From IMG/VR virus record IMGVR_UViG_3300020572_000004: 64,000 bases of DNA; one strand, written 5' to 3'. The notes below the pieces were generated by a model. That model ran no database searches. It was not told the DNA's origin and saw only the letters and a program-made list of their open reading frames with translations. Shown piece after piece: positions 18,850-27,440 of the stretch (positions are counted from its first letter, which is position 1; every line of letters starts with the position of its first letter). The translations under genes and the position numbers were made by a program. This DNA is from an uncultured virus (IMG/VR IMGVR_UViG_3300020572_000004) (lineage: Duplodnaviria; Heunggongvirae; Uroviricota; Caudoviricetes).

Positions 18850-20952
18850 TTAGGCACCAACAATTGTTTTAAACTCAACACCTGTGCGAGTAGCAATAAA
18901 GTTGAGAGTAATGAAGTTGATTGAACGAGTTGGTTTGATATAAATGTCAGCAACAAAACTATTGCTATCAATTACTTGCCCAGTGTTGTTTGTAGCATCA
19001 CAAACAACGCGGAAGTCAGTGATACCACGACGACCTTGAACATCACGCAGATATGGCTCAACAATATTCTTAAATGCTGCACGTGTAAATTCATCGTTTT
19101 GTTCAAACAATTGAAATTTAGATGCGTTAGCAATTGCCTTTTCAAGTGTAATGAACAAGCGGCGAACATTGATGCGATCAAATGCACTTGGTTTTGCCAA
19201 ACGTGTTTTATCTCCATACAATACAACTCCTTGACCTGGGAATGCGCTAATTGGATTAACACCTTGAGTATACAAAGCATCACGGTCAGCTTGATTTGGA
19301 TTGTATGCAAGTTTAACTACATCTTGCAATTGACCACGGTTAAACCCAGCTGGGCTAAACCATGCATCAGCAACAGCGTCAGTATTTGCACATAAGCCAG
19401 CAACATGGCCGCAAGCAGGAATATAAAGATAATTGTCATTATACTTGTTGTACACGTAAACTGGTGAAGAATCCATTACTATGTAACTGCTAACTGGGCA
19501 ACCAGTTGTACCTAGCTTTGTTGTAATTTCGCCAAAGCGACCAGTATCAGTAGATTGACCAGTGATGGACATTGGAGCACTTATGAAACCAACGCAATCT
19601 TTTCGAGCATTCACAATAGCCGAAAGTTTAGCATCATTAGTAACTGCAGTAGCTGTTGTTTGGTGAACTTCACCAAACAGCAAACCAATGTCAACGCTTT
19701 GTGAGTCAGCAAACAAGTCGTATGCAGTAGACATACCAGTAGGAGTCATTGCAACGTTTGCACCACCAGTTAATGTAATGGTTACACCACCTGTGCTTGC
19801 TTTAGCACCAAGAGGAGTTGTAATTGCACTTAAAGCTGTAACATCAGTAACTGCAAATTCACCTTCAACAACGCCAGCAGTACCACTTGTAATACGGGAG
19901 TCTTTTAATTTATTGATATAGATGTAATTTGAAGCACGGTTAATTACCTCACGATAATAATTGGTTGCACCGTTTTCGGTTTTTGCATCGGTGAACAGTG
20001 AAAGGCCTTCATATTTTTCAAGGACTGTGCCGGCCGTACCAGTAAATGAACCGTCGCTATCAATAACAGCAACATGAATTTCATCAACAACTTTGCTCAA
20101 GTTGGTAGCTAATGTGCTCGGTGTGCTATTTGCAGTTGCAACAGCTGTAGCATATGTACTTGTACCTGGGACATATGAAAACACGCTAGCATCAGTACGT
20201 GCAGTAATACCAGTTCCACCCGCGGCCAATGCATTTGCGCGGCAAATCACAACTTTAAGTGTATTACCCAATGATCCTGCATAGCGCGCAACAATTGCAC
20301 TTTTAAGAGTATTTGTACCTGTAATAGCATCAAACACATCTTTGTTTTTAATAAGCACTGGGCTATATGCACTATAAGTAAAACCAGCATCAATGGTTGT
20401 TATATTTAATGTACAACCACTTCCAGTTCCAGATGCAACAGTTGTAGGTTTGCTACCACCAGTGGTATAACCCGAACCACCTGAAATAAGTGATACTCCA
20501 GTGACTGCCCCGCCAGCGCCAATAGTTGTGACTGTTACAGTTGCAAGATTTCCTGTAGTTCCACCTGTGATGGTAAGAATGTCGCCTACGGTATAAAGAG
20601 TACCTCCAGCAGTAGGCGCCGAATTTAATACAGTAATTACTCCAGTTGCTGTGGTTAAAAATGGTGAAGCTGCATTAACATCGGTTGTTTCAACCGAACG
20701 AGAAACTTTAAGACTGTTGCCATATTTTAGAAAGCTGGCAGCTGTGAAAAAGCTTGCTGTTTGCAATGTGTTTGTATTATTTGGCGCACCAAATAGTGTA
20801 ATAAGATCTTTTTCAGAGCTTACGTTAACCAGTTGACCCGCAGGGCCCCAGTTGAATGATCCTGCATAACCACCTAAGCTGGTAGCAAGTGAAGGTACGA
20901 TGTTTGTTAGGTCGATTTCTTTAATTTCGACGCCGGCTGATGTTAGTGCCAT
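18850..20952 (-). CDS. gp18: tail sheath protein
   Basis: SAGVEIKEIDLT, FNWGP, WFSPAGFNRG, GDKT...SAFDRINVRRLF, IKPTRSINFITLNF. Confidence 0.97.
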   Translation of the reverse strand: MALTSAGVEIKEIDLTNIVPSLATSLGGYAGSFNWGPAGQLVNVSSEKDLITLFGAPNNTNTLQTASFFTAASFLKYGNSLKVSRSVETTDVNAASPFLTTATGVITVLNSAPTAGGTLYTVGDILTITGGTTGNLATVTVTTIGAGGAVTGVSLISGGSGYTTGGSKPTTVASGTGSGCTLNITTIDAGFTYSAYSPVLIKNKDVFDAITGTNTLKSAIVARYAGSLGNTLKVVICRANALAAGGTGITARTDASVFSYVPGTSTYATAVATANSTPSTLATNLSKVVDEIHVAVIDSDGSFTGTAGTVLEKYEGLSLFTDAKTENGATNYYREVINRASNYIYINKLKDSRITSGTAGVVEGEFAVTDVTALSAITTPLGAKASTGGVTITLTGGANVAMTPTGMSTAYDLFADSQSVDIGLLFGEVHQTTATAVTNDAKLSAIVNARKDCVGFISAPMSITGQSTDTGRFGEITTKLGTTGCPVSSYIVMDSSPVYVYNKYNDNYLYIPACGHVAGLCANTDAVADAWFSPAGFNRGQLQDVVKLAYNPNQADRDALYTQGVNPISAFPGQGVVLYGDKTRLAKPSAFDRINVRRLFITLEKAIANASKFQLFEQNDEFTRAAFKNIVEPYLRDVQGRRGITDFRVVCDATNNTGQVIDSNSFVADIYIKPTRSINFITLNFIATRTGVEFKTIVGA

Positions 20953-21036
20953 ATTTTTTTATTTTCAGTTGTTGTGTTATAATAAGTTGTCATAATAAGA
21001 AGACTTTCAATAATCCTATTTATAAAATACACTGTT

Positions 21037-22425
21037 TTATAAGCCGCTCCATTCTCGGTTTTGCTCTAGGGCTTCTTCATAGTATTGAGAGCTTTCTGGA
21101 GCATCTGACACATAGTTGTTTATGATTCCAAACAGTGGAACGTCTTCGTCCATCTCTCGTATCTTTTCGCTATACAAGAGTTGCTTAAGATCAACATTAC
21201 TTATACCGCCAAATGCATCAGTGCTAACAAACCATGAAAACATTACAAGATTCATTACCAAGTCATCGTGCGTACTTCCACGCGCCGCATAGCTGTCGCC
21301 CTTTGGCTCAAAGCTGCTAAGTTCTGAAATGGTGTCTATATCACATACTTCCAGCTTACCGCTTTCAATCAAGTCTTTAAGATTACTACAGCCAATTCGT
21401 TTAACTCTTTTTGTCATTACCACGCCAATGCCGTTGCTTTTGACCGCACTTGATACAAACATATTATCATATTCATATTCATAGTATACAGCATTACAAA
21501 CAACTTGTCCAGCATCATTATTTTCAATAACCACCATTGCATTGTTATATTGCTTGGCGGCACGCACTATCAATTCTGGATATATCAGTGGACTAATTAG
21601 ATTATCACGATAAGTACACACCGTCTTGAATGGCATGGTGCTAACATCGAAAACTGTAAATGTACTATAGTCCTGCCCTCTCCCTTTGCAAACATCAACC
21701 GTCATGATATACTCATGCCCTTCAACCGGATCATCATAATAGCGTATGCCATATTGGCGCTTGCTTGGCTCAACGCCTTTTAGACCTAGTAGTGCTTCAC
21801 TGCTAATTAGAGTAGCGCTGCTGCCAATAAAGTTAACTTCAAATTCTTGGGCAAACTGCAATTCGCTGCTGTTAGCAATTGTTTGACGTTTCCATGCTTC
21901 ATCCCGCCCAGGAACATCGCTCCATTTGATTGTGAATGGTTTAAATTCGCTTGTCTTTTGTACCGCGCCTTCCCACAAGCGATAAAACATATTGCCTACG
22001 CCATTAGGTGTACTTGTGATGATCACCTTGGTATCTTTACCAGATGAAATAACAGGATAGGTACTTGTATAAAACTCATTTGCATTTTGCACGAACGCAA
22101 ATTCGTCAAGAAAAATACAGTTATGACTAATTAATCCATTTGTATAATATGCATGAGTATCTTTAACATTTAGCAAATCATAAACCGATTCATTTGCAAT
22201 TTCATTTATACTTTCTATACAGATATTTGTGTAAAGTACATCTCCAATTTGTAAAAATCTTGCAGGTATATATGTTTCACCATCATCCATTAAAAGTTCA
22301 TGATCAGGCGTGCATTTGATACTCTTATCAGCAGTACATGTAATATATAGAAGACTATCTGAAACACCCTTATTTAGTATTCCATCAAATTGCTTAAACC
22401 CTTTATGCGTTAATACCTCAATCAT
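21037..22425 (-). CDS. gp17: large terminase C-terminal part preceded by a 102 aa C-intein
   Basis: MIEVLTHKGF...KCTPDH...VYDLLNV...YYTNGLISHN|CIFLDEFAFV (Walker B), STPNG, DVCKGRGQDYS, HDDLVM nuclease motifs. Confidence 0.93.
   Translation of the reverse strand: MIEVLTHKGFKQFDGILNKGVSDSLLYITCTADKSIKCTPDHELLMDDGETYIPARFLQIGDVLYTNICIESINEIANESVYDLLNVKDTHAYYTNGLISHNCIFLDEFAFVQNANEFYTSTYPVISSGKDTKVIITSTPNGVGNMFYRLWEGAVQKTSEFKPFTIKWSDVPGRDEAWKRQTIANSSELQFAQEFEVNFIGSSATLISSEALLGLKGVEPSKRQYGIRYYDDPVEGHEYIMTVDVCKGRGQDYSTFTVFDVSTMPFKTVCTYRDNLISPLIYPELIVRAAKQYNNAMVVIENNDAGQVVCNAVYYEYEYDNMFVSSAVKSNGIGVVMTKRVKRIGCSNLKDLIESGKLEVCDIDTISELSSFEPKGDSYAARGSTHDDLVMNLVMFSWFVSTDAFGGISNVDLKQLLYSEKIREMDEDVPLFGIINNYVSDAPESSQYYEEALEQNREWSGL
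22120..22425 (-). mobile_element. C-fragment of atypically split intein (IntC, 102 aa)
   Basis: Block B TPDH, block F VYDL, block G SHN, followed by Cys+1 at 22119-22117. Confidence 0.9.
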
Positions 22426-23363
22426 TTCTTAGTTGTGTTAACCCATCCAGTTGGCGCTTCATGCGGAAAGTAATATCCTCTTTTGGATGCATCTGATGGA
22501 TCGGTGAAGTATTTCTTACCTTTATTCTTAGCAATCATTCCCTTTTTAGCAAGTGACATTTTATCTTTAGATTCTGCGCTACGTTTCATACCTCTGTGTT
22601 TTTCAGCAGTCTTACGTATCTTTTCTGGATTATGATTTATTTTTGAAACGTGGTCTGCGCTCTTTTTCATACCAGTCAATGCCTTGCTAATCTTTTCGCC
22701 AAACCCATCTGGCTTTGGCATACCTTTTAATTTTTGCGATACAATCCGGCCATTAGATTTTCTCGTTTCAGGTAAAGCTTCTATCATTTGGTTTCTTTTA
22801 TGATAAAATTCTTCGGCTGCGGATTGAATACCAGGCAATTCATACTGTATATTACCATTAGGATTGCCGCATTCATAAATTACTTTTACTCGCGCAGCGT
22901 GGGCATTGCAATCTTTAAGATAACCCAATTCATTTATTGCATCCTCTACGGTATGGAATATTCTTCCATCAGTGTGTGCTATTTTATAACCATTTCCAGT
23001 AGGCAGTCCGGTTTTTTGTTTACTTAATTTTTCACGAGTTTCTTTACTATGCGTCTTTCCGTAAAATCCATTATTTTCACCATGCAGTACACAAACGTTA
23101 CCTCCAACTGATAGATTATAAGTGTCTTCTCTTAAAGTAAAGTCACGATCAACAATTCTTTTTTCTTCAGCCTCAGCTTCTTCTTTGGTATTGTATACAG
23201 CTAAGATTTCTTTATTAAATTGGTCAACCCCATACTTCTCAACAGCTCTTCTTATCAGTTTACCCGATCCCATATATCCATCATCTATGTTACACGTAGA
23301 ATGATAACCTACATAGATTTTGCCATTAATTTTATTAGTGATTTTATAAACCGTATAATACAT
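22422..23363 (-). mobile_element. GIY-YIG homing endonuclease gene with NUMOD3-like repeats
   Basis: MYYTVYKITNKINGKIYVGYH...YMGSG...YNL; GKTHSKETREKLS and GMKRSAESKDKMS; own GAGGA RBS and TATAAATA at 23387-23394. Confidence 0.9.
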
Positions 23364-23975
23364 ATGTTCCTCGATGAGTTTACTTTTATTTATATAATCA
23401 TCTATTTTAACATAGTAAATTGCATCATTTTCATATATGCAAATTTTGGTATCACCTGTCACACAATTCATACTCAAGCCTCGAATGCTACTACCGCTAG
23501 TTGCCGCTGCAATAATTTGGCTGTTGTTGCTAAACTTGATACTACCTTTGTTCAATACCTTACACCCAGGCTGCAGGAAGAATGGCAGGTTCTCCAACAT
23601 TAGTGTAAGGCGGCTCAACATCTCACGTGCAGTTGCACCTTTGTTGGCAAGTATACCAATAGTCTTGTCAGGATTAAAGATGACATAGTGAAGGAGCCAT
23701 GCCACACTTGTTATACTTTTACCACTTTGACGACATGCTAATACTATATTGAAACGGTTATCACTAAAATGTTTTACCATATTTTCTTGATAACCACGCA
23801 GCTTAAAAGGAACAAGCCCATGATCCAAGTGAATAACCTTTACATACTGCTCACAAAAATAACCAACATCTGCCATGCAGCGCTGATATTCAACTATCTC
23901 ATGAGCGGTAAAGTTTTGCTGCACACCATCGCCCTTCACGTGTGGGTTGCCATTATAGTTAAGTCCAGAATTCAT
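22422..23975 (-). CDS. gp17: large terminase N-terminal part fused to N-intein and GIY-YIG homing endonuclease
   Basis: YNGNPHVK, LRGYQ, Walker A ACRQSGKS, ILANK, SIRGLSMN|CVTGDT (intein block A), then the endonuclease in frame. Confidence 0.92.
   Translation of the reverse strand: MNSGLNYNGNPHVKGDGVQQNFTAHEIVEYQRCMADVGYFCEQYVKVIHLDHGLVPFKLRGYQENMVKHFSDNRFNIVLACRQSGKSITSVAWLLHYVIFNPDKTIGILANKGATAREMLSRLTLMLENLPFFLQPGCKVLNKGSIKFSNNSQIIAAATSGSSIRGLSMNCVTGDTKICIYENDAIYYVKIDDYINKSKLIEEHMYYTVYKITNKINGKIYVGYHSTCNIDDGYMGSGKLIRRAVEKYGVDQFNKEILAVYNTKEEAEAEEKRIVDRDFTLREDTYNLSVGGNVCVLHGENNGFYGKTHSKETREKLSKQKTGLPTGNGYKIAHTDGRIFHTVEDAINELGYLKDCNAHAARVKVIYECGNPNGNIQYELPGIQSAAEEFYHKRNQMIEALPETRKSNGRIVSQKLKGMPKPDGFGEKISKALTGMKKSADHVSKINHNPEKIRKTAEKHRGMKRSAESKDKMSLAKKGMIAKNKGKKYFTDPSDASKRGYYFPHEAPTGWVNTTKK
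23364..23465 (-). mobile_element. N-fragment of atypically split intein (IntN, at most 34 aa)
   Basis: CVTGDTKICIYENDAIYYVKIDDYINKSKLIEEH begins where terminase similarity stops. Confidence 0.85.
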
Positions 23976-24089
23976 AATTATTGTAATACTTTTCCAAGAG
24001 ATTGCCAATCTTTAAACTTTTGACTCTTACATCTATTTATACATAAGGATTGCCGTTTGGATGACTCGACATATTTATTTATTTTTACC

Positions 24090-24118
24090 TTTACAAGTTT
24101 GCAGAACCCTGTTACAAT
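24090..24118 (+). promoter_or_regulatory. plus-strand (antisense) early-type promoter
   Basis: TTTACA-17-TACAAT with TGn extension, pointing into the 3' end of gp16. Confidence 0.55.
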
Positions 24119-24188
24119 TGATTTAGATCAAACCGCTAATGGCAATCTAATTATATATCCATTCGACCAAAGGTTCCCGAAGGGATGG

Positions 24189-24653
24189 TCAAACATCAAC
24201 TGTTGTTTCACTTTGACTTTTAAGGAACTTCTGCAATTCAGTGGTTGTTCCAACAAAGATACTGTTGTTTGTGGTATTGGAGCCAACAGTTAGACTCTTT
24301 GGAGTCGCAGGTTCAATCACAAGTTTCTTACGGTCGCGTTGCAATGTTAGCAATTGACTATTCATATCCGCAGCACTCTTAATCATTGCAGCTAGCACTT
24401 CAAATGCGCGTGGGTGTTCAGCGTCGGCCGCAAGTGCATGCATTGTTGCAATTGCTTCATCACTTGTTCCAATCAACTTTTTAATATGATCGCGTGCAAA
24501 GTTGTAGTCTTCCTCTACATCAACACTAATATCATCCGCTGATGGCAACATACTTTTGATGCTTTGCACCACAGGCTCTGCAACAACCGCTGGTAAATTG
24601 TTTTGTAGCGAATCAAGTATGTCTTGTCGTGTTTTTGTTTGTTTGAGACTCAT
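24189..24653 (-). CDS. gp16: terminase small subunit
   Basis: EDYNFAR, HPRAFEV, NNSIFVGTTTELQKFLK. Confidence 0.92.
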   Translation of the reverse strand: MSLKQTKTRQDILDSLQNNLPAVVAEPVVQSIKSMLPSADDISVDVEEDYNFARDHIKKLIGTSDEAIATMHALAADAEHPRAFEVLAAMIKSAADMNSQLLTLQRDRKKLVIEPATPKSLTVGSNTTNNSIFVGTTTELQKFLKSQSETTVDV

Positions 24654-24661
24654 ACTATAAA

Positions 24662-25429
24662 TTATTCAAACCCAAATGTAGTAACCACAGTATAATTGTC
24701 AGGTGTGTCGGTTGTCATATTGCCAAGCTTCACATTAACTTTGTCTAGTGGGAATCCGCGCGAGACTGCAGTTGTATCAAGAAAGTTTACATCAATGTTT
24801 TTGATAATACTCGATGTGTTGGTTTGACCAGCAAATTGAACTTTAAGGTTAAAGTCAAGTGTATAGACTAGAGTACGTCGACTAGTCTGATAGTCTCCTT
24901 CATAATCATCACTAAACGTTGTTCCAACTAAAGTAATAGGAACAACGGTATTTGTTCCTGGCACAGCCAAGTCAATAACAGTTATGCTATATTCAGGTGG
25001 AAATGTTGGAATGATTTGCTCAAATATTTGCAATGCATCATCCTGATTGCGTGCATATATACTAAGCTGCATACCAATTATGTATGGTACAGTTTGCCAA
25101 TAATAATTTTTTTTACCTGTTGCAGTATTGGTATTTACAATTTCCTGATTAAGCCGATTCAATTTGGATGCGCTATCATATGTTATACTTGTTATTTCAA
25201 AGCTCATGCGCGGAACCTTTATAGCAATTTCAGTTTCTTTTTGGTCAACGGTGTTTTGACGAATACGCGCAAGCCAATGTTCTTTAGGCCCATATGCAAT
25301 AGGAACTCGAGTAACTGCAGTTAGCTTACCAGCAATCAACTTGCCAGTATGAATGTTGTTAAAAAGAGTGCCAAATACTGACACAATCTTTTTTATGGTT
25401 CCATGATAGTAGTAAGAATTGTCCAACAT
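24662..25429 (-). CDS. gp15: tail sheath stabiliser/completion protein
   Basis: FGTLFNNI, VPIAYGPKE, PRMSFEI, QIFEQIIPTF. Confidence 0.93.
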   Translation of the reverse strand: MLDNSYYYHGTIKKIVSVFGTLFNNIHTGKLIAGKLTAVTRVPIAYGPKEHWLARIRQNTVDQKETEIAIKVPRMSFEITSITYDSASKLNRLNQEIVNTNTATGKKNYYWQTVPYIIGMQLSIYARNQDDALQIFEQIIPTFPPEYSITVIDLAVPGTNTVVPITLVGTTFSDDYEGDYQTSRRTLVYTLDFNLKVQFAGQTNTSSIIKNIDVNFLDTTAVSRGFPLDKVNVKLGNMTTDTPDNYTVVTTFGFE

Positions 25430-25434
25430 ATGTG

Positions 25435-26352
25435 TTATTGATCTGGTTCGCCAAATGGATTCATTTGGCTAAAGTCGATGTACGCTGCACCGTTGGTTTC
25501 AAAAACATCGTTTTGAGCATTGATGTCGTTTTCAAATGCATCTTCATCAGTACTGCTCATTGCATATACTTCTTGAATTGTAACAACATAACCGTTATCA
25601 ATGCTAGTCAGTGTATCACCTGCATCTATAATATGATAGTCGGCGTCATTCCAAGAAGGTACCCCAAGTTTGGTGCGCACTACACCGTTGCTATCTTTAT
25701 AATAACCAAGAAATTCGAGCGTTCCAGTAACGCTTGTGCCAGACAAACTAACAGTTAGCGTTTCTCCGGCTGTAAATGTTTGCCCAGCCACACTAGTTGT
25801 GCGTACGCTTTGCGCTTGGGCTGCAGTGTATTGTATAGCATCAACTTCACCAACTCCAGTATCAATGTCCTGATTGCTATATTCAAAATTCTCACATGTC
25901 AATTTGAATGTGGGAACTTGACCAGCTTGATAGAATGGTTTTTTATCTTCAACGTAACGAATCTCAAATAAGCCTTTTGTCAATGGCACATAGATAAGAT
26001 CACCTTCACGTGGGCGCGCACCACCTTCAGTAACACCATAGCGGCCAATCAACTGATTCCAACGGCGATTAGCAACAACAAAAGTAACTTGGTCTCGGAA
26101 TTCAAAACCAAACTTATTCATTAGCTTACCATCACCTTCAAAGCCATCTACGCTTTCAACATACATTTCAATTTTAAATGCACTCTCAAAACGCGAAAGC
26201 ATGTCTTCATTTAAAATGGTATCCAATTGCACCACCTTGCGTGGTATATAGTAGACATCATGTCCGTAAATGGACATTGCTTCAATTATTAAATCTTCAT
26301 AAAGGCTTTTTTCGCTACGAGTACCATGGGAAAAATATACATTGCGTGCCAT
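25435..26352 (-). CDS. gp14: neck protein
   Basis: LIIEAMSIYGHDVYYIPR, RPREGDLIYVP, DFSQMNPFGE. Confidence 0.93.
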   Translation of the reverse strand: MARNVYFSHGTRSEKSLYEDLIIEAMSIYGHDVYYIPRKVVQLDTILNEDMLSRFESAFKIEMYVESVDGFEGDGKLMNKFGFEFRDQVTFVVANRRWNQLIGRYGVTEGGARPREGDLIYVPLTKGLFEIRYVEDKKPFYQAGQVPTFKLTCENFEYSNQDIDTGVGEVDAIQYTAAQAQSVRTTSVAGQTFTAGETLTVSLSGTSVTGTLEFLGYYKDSNGVVRTKLGVPSWNDADYHIIDAGDTLTSIDNGYVVTIQEVYAMSSTDEDAFENDINAQNDVFETNGAAYIDFSQMNPFGEPDQ

Positions 26353-26389
26353 TGGAGTTATTTATAAACTTAACCGACAAAGAATTCTA

Positions 26390-27136
26390 CTAGCCGCAAT
26401 AAAAGTCAGGCGGGAATTGATAACGAGACTCAAAGTCTTCTTCAATCTTTTGGATTTCAGCCGTTGCATCATCAAATAATGCTCGGCCGTTTAGTGTAAC
26501 TCCGCCTGGCAGTTGCATACCTTCGAATTTCAACATATTCGAAGCCCATTGCTTTTTTAACAGAGCAGTAGCATAACGCTTAAGTACCATGTCATTGTAT
26601 ACATCGCCAAATGCATTGGGATCAATTGTTTGATATGCTTCAACCACAATATATTGCCCAACTTTTAGAGTAGTCTTCCAGTCATCATCAATGCTTAAGC
26701 GATTCATGTGGCGTGCAAAAGTAATTTGCTGACTAGAACCAGTAAGAATCATTTCAAGCAAACCCATATATTCTTTAGTCATCTGATAACTAATAATACT
26801 CTCAGGGCGACGAAGACCATACAGGTCATTAAGATACATCTGATACTTGACACTAAACATATCACTTGCATCGCCGCGGTTGATATTCATTACGCGTAGC
26901 ACGCAAATCAAACTGTCTGGGAGAGTAAAATAGCTGTTGTCAAAGTCGGTCTGAGTAATGACATGTTTATAGAATACTCTTGTCACACCATCATTATGGT
27001 ATTCTTGATAGAATTGAATAGCCTCATCAAGTCGGTCTTCAATCTGATCGTCATCAATGTTTATTTCAAGCACAGGAGCGCCCAATGCTCGTAGGCAATA
27101 GTCAACCAATCCTTGTCGTGTAGTAGGGCGCGCCAT
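26390..27136 (-). CDS. gp13: neck protein
   Basis: DYCLRALGAPVLEINIDDDQIEDR, KFEGMQLPGGVTLNG. Confidence 0.95.
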   Translation of the reverse strand: MARPTTRQGLVDYCLRALGAPVLEINIDDDQIEDRLDEAIQFYQEYHNDGVTRVFYKHVITQTDFDNSYFTLPDSLICVLRVMNINRGDASDMFSVKYQMYLNDLYGLRRPESIISYQMTKEYMGLLEMILTGSSQQITFARHMNRLSIDDDWKTTLKVGQYIVVEAYQTIDPNAFGDVYNDMVLKRYATALLKKQWASNMLKFEGMQLPGGVTLNGRALFDDATAEIQKIEEDFESRYQFPPDFYCG

Positions 27137-27142
27137 ATACTG

Positions 27143-27150
27143 TATTTATA
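27143..27150 (-). promoter_or_regulatory. T4-type late promoter TATAAATA (representative of many)
   Basis: TATAAATA also at 16140, 16635, 18842, 21017, 23387, 24034, 26359, 28748, 29281, 31832, 33992, 38858, 54298 and 58577; variants at 12364, 12839, 33892, 47355 and 61351. Confidence 0.85.
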
Positions 27151-27152
27151 AC

Positions 27153-27440
27153 TTATGCCCACCAGATATTCGGGACGGACTCGTCAACTGGGCGGGGATC
27201 GCCCGATGCGCTTGACCAGTGGACGAACTGCTCGCCGCCTACCGGAATCGGGATTCCGACAAGATCACGGAATAGCACCCACCACTCTCCGGCAAACTCG
27301 CCCACAACGCACAGCGCGTGTTCGTGTGACGCAAGATTGGATTGCACCTCGCCGTTATCATCAGGCGCAGCAAACCCATTGGCGATGCCGAACTGCTCGG
27401 CTATTGCTTTTGATGCGAATTTTAGAATGTAGTCGGTCAT
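27153..27440 (-). CDS. fibre-associated small protein (paralog of 29492..29872)
   Basis: DYILKF...ALCVVGE...LFRDL...WSS...VPNIWWA; ATGA-coupled to the upstream fibre gene; GC-rich. Confidence 0.75.
   Translation of the reverse strand: MTDYILKFASKAIAEQFGIANGFAAPDDNGEVQSNLASHEHALCVVGEFAGEWWVLFRDLVGIPIPVGGEQFVHWSSASGDPRPVDESVPNIWWA

Noticed and set aside
22415..22435. Programmed -1 frameshift joining the two terL ORFs
   Set aside because: No canonical slippery heptamer, and the -1 frame has a TAA two codons before the ATG; ATGA coupling is simpler, though not excluded experimentally.
22422..23400. Group I intron carrying the GIY-YIG gene
   Set aside because: The ORFs abut on both sides, leaving no non-coding room for a ribozyme core; intein motifs explain the interruption.
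24057..24293. 78 aa plus-strand ORF opposite gp16
   Set aside because: It starts upstream of the plus-strand promoter, overlaps gp16 antisense and has no recognisable features.
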